64,000 nt of DNA from Anaerolineae bacterium (GTDB lineage: Bacteria > Chloroflexota > Anaerolineae > UBA1429). The stretch spans positions 1,999,774-2,063,773 of the forward strand of contig OY776562.1 of assembly GCA_963675785.1 (NCBI GenBank), written 5' to 3'. Both the position numbers and the translations under genes were made by a program. Shown piece after piece: positions 1-8,179 of this stretch; the stretch's first letter is position 1; each line of letters starts with the position of its first letter. The notes beneath the pieces were generated by a model. The model worked only from the letters and a program-made list of their open reading frames with translations, ran no database searches and had not been told where the DNA came from.

Positions 1-586
1 GCTGTTTGCCGATTCGATTACAAAGAATCAGAGGAGTTAGATTTTCTATCGCCCTGATCCGGGAGATATCATAGGTCGTTTCCCCACCAAAGTTAGCAAG
101 CACGCAAAGTAAATCAGCGCCTTGCCTAACTTGTTCTCGTGATATTTCAGGGAACCACAAATCAAAGCATATTTGAACGCCGATTTTGATGCCATTCGCC
201 TCAAACACCGTATTGGCATCGCCACTATCAAATAGTTTTTTCTCAAAATCAGATAGATGGATTTTTCTATACACGCCACGAATAATTCCGTTTTCAATAA
301 TAACGGATGAATTATAGATTTTTCCCCCATCACGTTCTGCAACGCCAGAAACAATCGTACATCCCTTTTGCGCGGATAAGAGCTTTAGGTTATCTACAAA
401 CGCGTTTTCATTGATTGGCTTGGAGAGATTGTTGAGTTCATTTCTATCCTCAAACAGATAACCGCAATCGCACAGTTCTGGCAGAACAACTATCTCACAA
501 TCCATACTTGTGATATGCTTTTGCACAATATCAAAATTTTCTCTTCCATCTCTCGTAACGTCATATTGGACAAAGCCTATTTTCAT
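1..586 (-). CDS. carbon-nitrogen hydrolase (nitrilase superfamily), partial; C-terminus lies beyond window start
   Basis: Manual reverse-complement translation from ATG at 586-584 gives MKIGFVQYDVTRDGRENFDIVQKHI...VVLPELCDCGYLFED...KIGVQICFDLWFPE, with the typical CN-hydrolase E-K-C region. The ORF runs off the window edge, so the ORF track does not list it. Local sequence is AT-rich. Confidence 0.7.
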   Translation of the reverse strand, partial: MKIGFVQYDVTRDGRENFDIVQKHITSMDCEIVVLPELCDCGYLFEDRNELNNLSKPINENAFVDNLKLLSAQKGCTIVSGVAERDGGKIYNSSVIIENGIIRGVYRKIHLSDFEKKLFDSGDANTVFEANGIKIGVQICFDLWFPEISREQVRQGADLLCVLANFGGETTYDISRIRAIENLTPLILCNRIGKQ

Positions 587-651
587 GATTGCCCCTACAT
601 TCTGCCCCCAATAAGAGCGCCTGGCACTAAAATCGCACATCCAAGCGCCCG

Positions 652-694
652 GGTCAAATAAAAGACCTCGCATGAATCATGAATTCATGCGAGG
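652..694 (-). terminator. rho-independent terminator downstream of the MerR-family gene
   Basis: Perfect 12-bp stem cctcgcatgaat / attcatgcgagg with a 5-nt loop at about 666-694. It is followed on the minus strand by CTTTTATTT. It sits 40 bp after the stop of the minus-strand gene 736..1731. Confidence 0.5.
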
Positions 695-735
695 TTCTAG
701 CATAGCAGGTACAACGACCTGACAAAAGAATCTTG

Positions 736-1731
736 CTACTTGGCTTTTTCCTTGACCGGGAGCAGCAAATCGAACTGTATCTCTTTGTCGTCGAACTCGG
801 GGTTTTGAAGGTCACTCCAGAAATTTAGATGCTCTTCGAGACAGAAATCCATGTCCTTTTCAAAAGGAGAGCAGCGCAGCGTCCCACAATCGGATGCGTA
901 AAGCGGATTTTCAATCACCCAATCGTGCAGAAACTTCCACTGCTCAAAGTCGCCCATTTTGATCATATGAGCGGCATAAAGCCCGCCGGTGAAGCTACGC
1001 TTTACCAGCGGTTCCGGCACGTCCATATCAGGGGGGATGGAAACCCACACTTGATACTTGAGAGAACCCTCGCCGATACCCGTCTGTCCGCAAGAACAAT
1101 CGAAACCAAAGTGTCGGATATCGGGCTTGATTTTCAGCAAATCCCTTTCCAGCACAAACCGATTGATCATGTCTGCGGCTTTACCCTCACAGTTTTCTCC
1201 CGTTGCGCTGGCAGAGGCCACCGTCATCGGCGGCAAATAGATGATTCTCACGTCGGTTAGCTTGTCCAACTTGGCCTTGGCACGGTTCAAATCTTCCATT
1301 GACTTTTTCTCCTTGAAATTGATCTTTGAGACCGTCAGGGAGTCCACAACTTCCAACAGCTGCTCATCATCAAGTAACGCAACTCTTGTGCCATTGAGAT
1401 TTAGCTTTTCGATAAAGGATTGAAGAATGCTCCGAATCGTGGATAACGCGGTTATTTCATCCTCTATCTCGTCAAGATTGCGCTCAAACGTCTCAATGAC
1501 TTTCTCCATGTCGCTGTCTTCCAATATCTCTGCAATCTGTCCAAGAGGTATACGGAGTTTTCGCAGGATAAGGATTTGTCTAAGCCGCAAAAGGGTATCT
1601 GCCTCATATGTGCGGTAGGCAAAATCCTCTTTCTTCACCGACGCAATCAGCCCAATTTGCTCATAATAGCGGAGTGTTCGGGTTGATATATTGAACAGCT
1701 TGGACACCTGACTGATGGTCTGTAATTCCAC
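736..1731 (-). CDS. MerR-family transcriptional regulator with C-terminal GyrI-like/effector-binding domain (BmrR/Mta-like)
   Basis: N-terminal MerR HTH (ISQVSKLFNISTRTLRYYEQIGLI), a coiled-coil linker, and a C-terminal effector-binding-type domain. Start is GTG (tool M) preceded by GGAGG. Confidence 0.8.
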   Translation of the reverse strand: MELQTISQVSKLFNISTRTLRYYEQIGLIASVKKEDFAYRTYEADTLLRLRQILILRKLRIPLGQIAEILEDSDMEKVIETFERNLDEIEDEITALSTIRSILQSFIEKLNLNGTRVALLDDEQLLEVVDSLTVSKINFKEKKSMEDLNRAKAKLDKLTDVRIIYLPPMTVASASATGENCEGKAADMINRFVLERDLLKIKPDIRHFGFDCSCGQTGIGEGSLKYQVWVSIPPDMDVPEPLVKRSFTGGLYAAHMIKMGDFEQWKFLHDWVIENPLYASDCGTLRCSPFEKDMDFCLEEHLNFWSDLQNPEFDDKEIQFDLLLPVKEKAK

Positions 1732-1752
1732 AACAACCCTCCTTTCAACTCA

Positions 1753-1783
1753 ACTATACAGGTTGACGCGACGTTCAAGTCAA
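1753..1783 (-). promoter_or_regulatory. MerR-type promoter with 19-bp spacer and TTGAC/GTCAA dyad
   Basis: Minus strand reads TTGACT-(19 nt: tgaacgtcgcgtcaacctg)-TATAGT, then GGAGG and GTG of the MerR gene. A 19-bp spacer is the hallmark of MerR-regulated promoters. The dyad TTGAC...GTCAA spans the -35/spacer. Confidence 0.45.
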
Positions 1784-1940
1784 TAGAAAAATTCAGGAAT
1801 AATTAAAACTGGTGTGTTCTCGCCTCATCGGTAAACCAAAATTCTGCTTCCGATTTGTGCCTTTTCAAATACATGGGCAACAAAGATTTGGTTGTCATTA
1901 CGCAACATAGCTGCATATATGTAAGGTACCATATCTTGGA

Positions 1941-1979
1941 ATAAAAAAGAGCCCCTTCATACGAAAGGGCTCTTTTTCT
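1941..1979. terminator. bidirectional rho-independent terminator hairpin
   Basis: AAAAAAGAGCCCC-ttcatacgaaa-GGGCTCTTTTT. A GC stem flanked by an A-run and a T-run. Confidence 0.45.
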
Positions 1980-2368
1980 AGGGAAATGGCGCAAACAAAT
2001 TTCCCAGTCAGGCAAATTGTCGGCTAGTTGAGCAGCAAATTTTATTCCTTATCTTCATGTCATAGCTATACTATTCATTTTGCGATGTACCGGCTTCATG
2101 TTTCAGCAAGTAACCGTGTTCTTTCTTGATGAGCTTTTTTTATTTCCTCAATCACCACCAAATCCTCGTTTGGTATCACCAGTGCTTTTGAGCCGCAGCA
2201 AGACTGAGTTTCGCCATCGAGAAACTCAACTTTATAATACTGGGAAAATCATCCTTTCATAGATAAAGCCACCGTCACCCACACCTAGAAAAGTCCATTT
2301 TCAAATATTCCACGTGAGCAGATTCAATCAATCGGAGGTACCGCCAAAGGAGGCAAATCCTACAAAAA

Positions 2369-2405
2369 GGGGGCAAAAAAGACTATCTCTTTTGCCCCTT
2401 TTATA
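2369..2405. terminator. terminator-like hairpin in AT-rich noncoding stretch
   Basis: GGGGCAAAA-aagactatctc-TTTTGCCCC followed by TTTTAT. No upstream CDS on the plus strand, so it may end a small RNA or be a relic. Confidence 0.4.
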
Positions 2406-2609
2406 AAGTTATGCTTCAAATAGAATTTTGCGCGCGAACGGTAGTGAGTCGCCAAGTGCGGGATCCAAGCGCTTGGCTACGGTCAAAATCTTGCCGTAGA
2501 CGAGACTCACTCCCGCGAGGGATGCCAAATCAAGCCAGAGGGGGTTACTCTCTATCTAAACGATCAATTGGAATTGGTTAGCTTCATATAATGTCTGTCT
2601 TGAACAGTA

Positions 2610-3200
2610 CTACTTTAACTGTTTCCTTACGACAAGCCCTTTTTCAGTCTCTACAGATACATAAAAACCACTTTTTCTGTACATCTCAAAATGGCCACCA
2701 AAATCTGATGACTGATAACTGGATTCTTTGTAAGGGTATGCCTCTAAAAAGTCAAAGTCATCTTGGATCGCATCCTTACATACACGATCCAATAGCAGTG
2801 TGGCAATGCCTTTTCTTCTCATCTCCGGCGCAATCACAAAACAGAATATTGATTTCACCTTTATACTCGTGCCAGGTTCCTCTAAAGGCACATAATCCAT
2901 AAATCTTTGCCAACTAGCGCACTCTAGGCAATCTGATTTCGTATTGGCGTTGCACCATCCCACAATCGTATCGTCATAATAAGCAAGATACCCTTGAATG
3001 TTATTGCCTCTGACATATTGTAGGGCGCACTCTCTTCTTTTTTCTGCTGTTGAAAAGTCTTTGCCCTCATAATCATCGTTACACCAACACACACAATAAC
3101 ATTTATGTTCATCCACATTGTTATCGTGTGGTGTAGTGTCAAAAAAATGCACGTAATCTTCTGCAAGGTCAGGCGTCAATTTACGTATTTCTATATCCAT
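2610..3200 (-). CDS. GNAT family N-acetyltransferase with Cys-rich insert (CYCVCWC ... C..C)
   Basis: Acetyl-CoA-binding motif VIAPEMRRKGIATLLLDRV. Start assigned to internal ATG (MDIEIRKLTPD...) preceded by GGAAG. The ORF-track N-terminal extension reads through the tRNA-Asp gene and its terminator and is rejected. Confidence 0.7.
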   Translation of the reverse strand: MDIEIRKLTPDLAEDYVHFFDTTPHDNNVDEHKCYCVCWCNDDYEGKDFSTAEKRRECALQYVRGNNIQGYLAYYDDTIVGWCNANTKSDCLECASWQRFMDYVPLEEPGTSIKVKSIFCFVIAPEMRRKGIATLLLDRVCKDAIQDDFDFLEAYPYKESSYQSSDFGGHFEMYRKSGFYVSVETEKGLVVRKQLK

Positions 3201-3271
3201 TAGCTGCTTCCAACATATAGATTCTCTTCGTACCACGTCCCATACAAAATTCATTGTAACATAGCTTGAGA

Positions 3272-3320
3272 TACAAAAAAAGACATACCCCCCCGCCCTT
3301 GGCGGAAAAAGTATGTCTTT
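3272..3320 (-). terminator. terminator hairpin following tRNA-Asp
   Basis: Stem aagacatac / gtatgtctt enclosing an inner ccgcc-aag-ggcgg hairpin. Followed on the minus strand by a T-run (plus-strand A-run 3274-3281). Confidence 0.45.
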
Positions 3321-3321
3321 C

Positions 3322-3398
3322 TGGCGGAAGCGACGGGAGTTGAACCCGCGATCTTCGGCTTGACAGGCCGACATGTTAGACCACTACACCACGCCTCC
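3322..3398 (-). tRNA. tRNA-Asp (anticodon GTC), CCA encoded
   Basis: Minus-strand read GGAGGCGTGGTGTAGTGGTCTAACATGTCGGCCTGTCAAGCCGAAGATCGCGGGTTCAACTCCCGTCGCTTCCGCCA. Cloverleaf with 7-bp acceptor stem, anticodon loop CTGTCAA (GTC) and T-loop GTTCAAC. Confidence 0.85.
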
Positions 3399-3408
3399 AA
3401 TGTCTGCA

Positions 3409-3437
3409 ATAATAGCATAGTGCCCCCCTTCTGGCAA
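3409..3437 (-). promoter_or_regulatory. sigma70-like promoter for tRNA-Asp
   Basis: Minus strand: TTGCCA-(17 nt)-TATTAT, about 12 nt before the mature tRNA 5' end. Confidence 0.4.
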
Positions 3438-3514
3438 ATGACATACACGGCTCGCTTTTGCCAAGGCTGGCATGCATGATAGAATCCACCCAGAAGGAAT
3501 CAGCAGGAGGCCAC

Positions 3515-5443
3515 ATGCCCACAACCAAACACCCCTCGCGCCTTGAACGCGTGCTGCTAGTCATCATCATGTTGGCAGCCCTGGGGTTGCGTATGGGCTG
3601 GCCCGGCAACAACAGCTTTTCTTTTGACGAGGCCCGCATCAGCCAACTGGCGCTAGTGATGGCCCGTAACAGTGTGTTTGCCTGGGTGGGCATGCCCTCC
3701 TCCGCCGGGCTGCCCAACTTTCCGGCCACCGTATGGCTGTTCAGTATCCCCTTTGCCATCAGCAGCAATCCGCTCTTTGCTACTCTGTGCGTAGGCCTGT
3801 TGAACGCCCTGGGCGTGCTGGCCCTGTGGTGGCTGGTACGAAAAAGCCTCTCGCCCACTGCCGGTTTGGTGGCCTCGGCCCTCATGGCCGCCTCGCCCTA
3901 TTTGGTGTTCTACTCGCGCGGCATCTGGGCACAGGACCTTCTGGCGCCGCTGGCCATCTTTTGGGCCTGTGGCGTTGTAGTAGGTATTGCCGAGGGCAAA
4001 AACTGGGGGCTGGTGCTAGCCGTTTTTCTCACCGGATTCATCCCCCAGGTGCATTACGCCGGCATCGCTTTGCTGATACCCGCCATCTGGCTGTTTTTCC
4101 GTTTCAAGCTGTGGAAGCGCTGGCTGCCCCTGCTCATCGGCTTTGCGCTGGCCTGTGCCGCAGCAACGCCCTTTCTCTACACCATCTGGACCACGCCCGA
4201 CCTGCGCACCAGCTTTTTCTCTCTGGGCGGGCAGGCTGCCATTTTCGATCTGACCGGCCTGAATCAACTCTTCCAGATGACCATTGGCCGCGGTTGGGAG
4301 GGGTTCTTGCTCGGCCAGGCCTGGGATTGGTCCTCCCTGGTGGATTCGGGCCTCTGGGCCTCGTATGTCCTCATCGTCGCCCTTGCCGTTACTGGCCTGA
4401 TCGGTTCAGTCATCCGCGCCTGGCAAACCCGCCACGAACATTCGGCCGTGGCGGTACTGGCCAGCCTTACGCCAGTCTGGCTGCTCTCTGCGCCGCTTGT
4501 CTTTGCCTACCACAGCACGCCGGTTTACCACCAGTATCAACTGGCAGCCCTGCCTGTCGTATTCGTCGCCTGTGCTTTTGCCATCGAATTGGTACAAAAG
4601 AAATGGCTCCGCTACACCTTGTTGGGGCTAGTCACCCTTTGTTTCAGTCTGCAAGTGGGTCTCTCTGCCTACAGCTTGAACATGGTCTCTCAGGAACTCA
4701 CGCCTGGCGGTGTTGGCACCCCCCTACTCTTTCCGCAGGCCGCCGCTGAGGCTTTGAAAGACGGTAGCGAGGTGGTCGTCCATGCCGCCGGTGATGACTC
4801 GGAATACTCGGGGGATGTGGCCGGTTTTGAGGTGTTGCTCTGGGATTATCCTCACCGCTTTGCGGATGGCCAATCGGTGCTCATCCTGCCCGAATCCGAG
4901 GATGCCCACCTCTTTTTCACCTTTGAGAGCCTGGCTGCCTATCAGCAAGCCCTAAATCTGGGGCTGGATAGTGAAATCACCACTTATCCTCGGCGAGCAG
5001 GTGAACCACCTTACGTGGCTATCTCCTACAACGCCCTTTCTACAGAGGCCTACACTGCTGTAGAACCCGTAGCGCTGGCCAATGGCGCTGTGCTCCAGGG
5101 CTATCGGCTGGATCGTGTTGGTGAGCAGATGCGTATCACCACCATCTGGCACATCGAGGGTACTATAGCCGATGGCGATTATCACCAATTCCACCACCTC
5201 AAACTGGATTCAGCCGATAGCGAAACAACCGAGATTCACGATGTAATCGTCTCTTCTCAGGCTTGGCAGCAGGGCGATACCGTCATCGTTTGGGCCGATT
5301 TTGCCGTACCCGAGGCCGATACATTTTATGTCGACTTGGGCATGTACCTCTGGCCCGAACTCACCCGCAGCGATCGCCTGGACATGTCCGAAAATCCCAG
5401 CGCCCCCATCACACTCGGCCCACTGTCGCTCCCTGAGGAATAG
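3515..5443 (+). CDS. GT39/GT83-type (ArnT/PMT-like) polytopic membrane glycosyltransferase
   Basis: About 11 predicted TM segments in the N-terminal 400 aa followed by a soluble C-terminal domain. Family assignment rests on an N-terminal membrane-domain pattern (FSFDEARISQLAL...GLPNFP) that I read as PMT/ArnT-like. Start moved to ATG at 3515, which has AGGAGG 5 nt upstream. Confidence 0.65.
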   Translation: MPTTKHPSRLERVLLVIIMLAALGLRMGWPGNNSFSFDEARISQLALVMARNSVFAWVGMPSSAGLPNFPATVWLFSIPFAISSNPLFATLCVGLLNALGVLALWWLVRKSLSPTAGLVASALMAASPYLVFYSRGIWAQDLLAPLAIFWACGVVVGIAEGKNWGLVLAVFLTGFIPQVHYAGIALLIPAIWLFFRFKLWKRWLPLLIGFALACAAATPFLYTIWTTPDLRTSFFSLGGQAAIFDLTGLNQLFQMTIGRGWEGFLLGQAWDWSSLVDSGLWASYVLIVALAVTGLIGSVIRAWQTRHEHSAVAVLASLTPVWLLSAPLVFAYHSTPVYHQYQLAALPVVFVACAFAIELVQKKWLRYTLLGLVTLCFSLQVGLSAYSLNMVSQELTPGGVGTPLLFPQAAAEALKDGSEVVVHAAGDDSEYSGDVAGFEVLLWDYPHRFADGQSVLILPESEDAHLFFTFESLAAYQQALNLGLDSEITTYPRRAGEPPYVAISYNALSTEAYTAVEPVALANGAVLQGYRLDRVGEQMRITTIWHIEGTIADGDYHQFHHLKLDSADSETTEIHDVIVSSQAWQQGDTVIVWADFAVPEADTFYVDLGMYLWPELTRSDRLDMSENPSAPITLGPLSLPEE

Positions 5444-5480
5444 AAAAACGGGGCCAGAGATTACTCTGGCCCCGTTTTTA
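5444..5480. terminator. bidirectional terminator between convergent genes
   Basis: AAAAA-CGGGGCCAGAG-atta-CTCTGGCCCCG-TTTTT. Confidence 0.55.
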
Positions 5481-5490
5481 CATCCGTATC

Positions 5491-6534
5491 TCAGGCGATG
5501 CTGCACAAAGCCTTTTCGAGCTCGTCCGCAGCGCGAACCATATCCTCGCGCTCCACACCGTAATGCGTCACCGCGCGGAAAGTGCGCTCGTCGATGTCCA
5601 TAATATGCACACCACGCTCATTCAAGCGAGCCACTACATCTGTAGCGCTGCATCCCTCGATTGTCAGCCCAAAACGCACCATATTGGTTTGCACCGTCGC
5701 CGGATCAATGGTCACGCCGGGCATGGCCAATACGCGCTCGGCCAAGTAGCAGGCATTGGCGTGATCGTCAGCCAGCCGCTCGACCATATTTTCGACAGCA
5801 TATAGCGCCGCTGCCGCCAACACACCCGCCTGGCGCATACCGCCGCCCAACATCTTGCGGTTGCGAATGGCCTCATCGACAAAGGCCTGCGGGCCACAGA
5901 CGATAGAGCCAACCGGTGCCGCCAGTCCTTTAGAGAAGCAAATCTGCACCGTATCCACCAGCGCGGTTAGCTCAGAGACCTGAACGCCCAGGGCAATAGC
6001 TGCATTGAAAATACGCGCACCATCGAGGTGAATCGGCAGGCCGTGCCGATCGGCCACCTCGCGAATGGCTGCCATCTGCTCAACCGAAAGCACCACACCG
6101 CCGCAACGGTTGTGGGTGTTCTCCAGGCAGATCAAAGAGGTACGCGGGAAATGCACATTCGGCACACGCACAGCGCGTTCTACTTCAACCGGGTCCATGG
6201 TGCCATCGGGCTGGTTCAACACGGTGTGTACATGCACACCGCCCAGCGCCGAAGAACCACCACCCTCATACCAGAACGTATGCGATTGACTGCCCATGAT
6301 GGCCTCAGTACCGCGGCCGCAATGGGTCAGAATGGAGACCAGGTTGCCCATGGTGCCGCTGGGCACAAAAAGCGCCGCCTCTTTGCCGGTCAGTTCGGCC
6401 ATACGCGCTTGTAGGCGGTTCATGGTGGGATCTTCGCCGTAAACGTCGTCGCCCACTTCGGCTTCATACATCGCGCGGCGCATCTCTGGAGAAGGTTTCG
6501 TTACCGTATCGCTGCGCAAATCAATATCCAACAC
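5491..6534 (-). CDS. ltaE: low-specificity L-threonine aldolase
   Basis: DLRSDTVTKP...MYEAEVGDDVYGEDPT...lysine-region motifs of the PLP threonine aldolase family. Start chosen as GTG (VLDIDLRSD) with GGAGGA upstream. The ORF-track ATG at 6624 would add an atypical 30-aa extension. Confidence 0.8.
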   Translation of the reverse strand: MLDIDLRSDTVTKPSPEMRRAMYEAEVGDDVYGEDPTMNRLQARMAELTGKEAALFVPSGTMGNLVSILTHCGRGTEAIMGSQSHTFWYEGGGSSALGGVHVHTVLNQPDGTMDPVEVERAVRVPNVHFPRTSLICLENTHNRCGGVVLSVEQMAAIREVADRHGLPIHLDGARIFNAAIALGVQVSELTALVDTVQICFSKGLAAPVGSIVCGPQAFVDEAIRNRKMLGGGMRQAGVLAAAALYAVENMVERLADDHANACYLAERVLAMPGVTIDPATVQTNMVRFGLTIEGCSATDVVARLNERGVHIMDIDERTFRAVTHYGVEREDMVRAADELEKALCSIA

Positions 6535-6662
6535 CGCGTCCTCCGATCTAAAACCAACGAAATGGCTGCCGCGCTGCAAGCCAAGCCAATAGTATCCCTG
6601 GTGTGATACGCCCGCAGCCAACATTCGTCAAATATCCGCCTGATGGGATGCGCTAACAGGAC

Positions 6663-7985
6663 CTATTCGCTGCGCGCATATCCAAGAAACAGCACATCAT
6701 CAGCCTGTACGTTCACCACCAACCGTTCACCCATCTGATACCTGTCGGAGGTCCAAATACTCTTGAGAGCGTACCTTCGCCCCCCACCAAGGCCCAGCAT
6801 CCGCCGAGAAAGCGCCAGCGTGAGCAGTTTGTCGCTACGGTTAAAGATACCAATCCAGCCGGCATCGTCCTGTACTTTATCGGGGGTCATCCACACTTCC
6901 CAACCGACCGAGCTGTAGGTTTGCCTCCCCATAATGCCATTTTGGTTGCAGGCCAACATATCCGCATTGGTAAGCAGGGCATAGTCCTCATCGGGCGTCT
7001 CGGGCAAATGGCCGCCCATCATCAATGGCGATGCCGCCAGTGCCCGTTGGGTCATCACCGTACGCTTTTGCGCTGGCGTTAATTCGGATTGTCGTGCTGA
7101 ACCCAGGCCATAGAGCAGGCTGGCGTCTTCATGCTTGCCCTCTGGTTCAGTACGCCAAATGCTCAATTTACCCAAGGGGATGATATCCAGATCGGGCCAA
7201 AACCCCTCACATTGTATGCCCTGAAAGAGATACCAAGAATCGAACACCGGCCCGATGTACCTCGATTCATCCCACATATCATCGGTGATGCGCACCATTG
7301 TGCCGCGCTGGTAGGTCTCCAGATCGCGAAAACACATGCGCCCACCCGGCGAAAGGCTCAACACGATGGGCCGCTCGGCTTTATCGACAGCGTCGGCAAT
7401 GGCGTTCAGCTCACGGGGGTGCGGCACCAAGTCGTCCGCCTTGAGAAAATCGACGCCCCATTCGGCTAACAAAGCAATGACACTGTTGTAATAGGCCTGT
7501 GCGCCGGACCGATCCATGTCGACACCATAGTTGTAACTGCACCAGCGGCAGGTGTTCTCCAGATCGGCGATATCGCGAGCGTGATAGGGTGTACCATAGA
7601 TGGGCATATTCTCGGCCACCGCCCGACGCGGAATGCCCCGCATGAGGTGAATGCCGAATTTGATGCCCAGCTCATGCGCACGAGCGATAATCGGCTCCAG
7701 GCCGTTGGGGAAGCTCACCCTGGCCGGTAAATAGCGGCCATAGCTATCGATGTGCGTTGGCACAACCTGGCCGTCAGCAGGAAATTCGTGGCCAGCCGTG
7801 ACAGTATACTCACTATACCATCCAATATCGAGGACAAAGTACTCATAGCCAAACGGTCTGAGCCTCTCGGCAAAGGCCTCCAAGTTCTCTAGCAATCTGC
7901 GCTCGTTGGCCACGGCCCCAAGGCAGTCATAACTGTTCCAGCCCAATGGCGGTGCACTTAGTACAGTCTTTAGCCCTTTTGGCAT
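6663..7985 (-). CDS. alpha-galactosidase, glycoside hydrolase family 27
   Basis: GWNSYDCLG...DIGW...GIKFGIH...LKADDL, characteristic of GH27 melibiase. Start set at MPKGL with GGAGCG upstream. Confidence 0.75.
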   Translation of the reverse strand: MPKGLKTVLSAPPLGWNSYDCLGAVANERRLLENLEAFAERLRPFGYEYFVLDIGWYSEYTVTAGHEFPADGQVVPTHIDSYGRYLPARVSFPNGLEPIIARAHELGIKFGIHLMRGIPRRAVAENMPIYGTPYHARDIADLENTCRWCSYNYGVDMDRSGAQAYYNSVIALLAEWGVDFLKADDLVPHPRELNAIADAVDKAERPIVLSLSPGGRMCFRDLETYQRGTMVRITDDMWDESRYIGPVFDSWYLFQGIQCEGFWPDLDIIPLGKLSIWRTEPEGKHEDASLLYGLGSARQSELTPAQKRTVMTQRALAASPLMMGGHLPETPDEDYALLTNADMLACNQNGIMGRQTYSSVGWEVWMTPDKVQDDAGWIGIFNRSDKLLTLALSRRMLGLGGGRRYALKSIWTSDRYQMGERLVVNVQADDVLFLGYARSE

Positions 7986-8179
7986 TGTTCGCTCCTGCAT
8001 CTTGTTCAATGGCGCACCAAGATTCGTGGCGCATCTTTCGACAATAGGAATAGCCCGCCGCACGACACATGACAACCGCCAAAAATGTACCACACCAGAA
8101 TTCGCCTATCTGTTTACATGGCTCTGCAGTGATTACTAAATCCTATTCCAGGCCATCAGCGGCAGTCAAGAAACTTGTT

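Noticed and set aside
46-354. 102-aa minus-strand ORF listed in the track
   Set aside because: It is an internal alternative frame of the partial nitrilase-superfamily gene (1..586). That gene's real frame runs off the window edge and is therefore missing from the track.
2100-2285. Short minus-strand frame translating to ...ETQSCCGSKALVIPNEDLVVIEEIKKAHQERTRLLAET
   Set aside because: No ATG or credible start. It is under 60 codons and bounded by stops. Possibly a decayed gene fragment in the AT-rich block, too uncertain to annotate as a pseudogene.
2440-2535. Purine riboswitch or tRNA-like identity for the nested-hairpin element
   Set aside because: The three-way-junction layout prompted the comparison. 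The conserved junction and loop nucleotides of purine riboswitches are absent, and no tRNA cloverleaf can be drawn. It is reported only as an unclassified structured element.
3201-3374. N-terminal 58-aa extension of the GNAT ORF in the track
   Set aside because: The extension reads through the tRNA-Asp gene and its terminator hairpin. The internal ATG at 3200 with a GGAAG RBS is the credible start.
3733-4749. 338-aa plus-strand ORF and a 169-aa minus-strand ORF (3376..3885)
   Set aside because: Alternative or antisense frames inside the GT39 membrane glycosyltransferase gene. Both are Arg/Pro/Gly-rich, the typical composition of out-of-frame GC-rich sequence.
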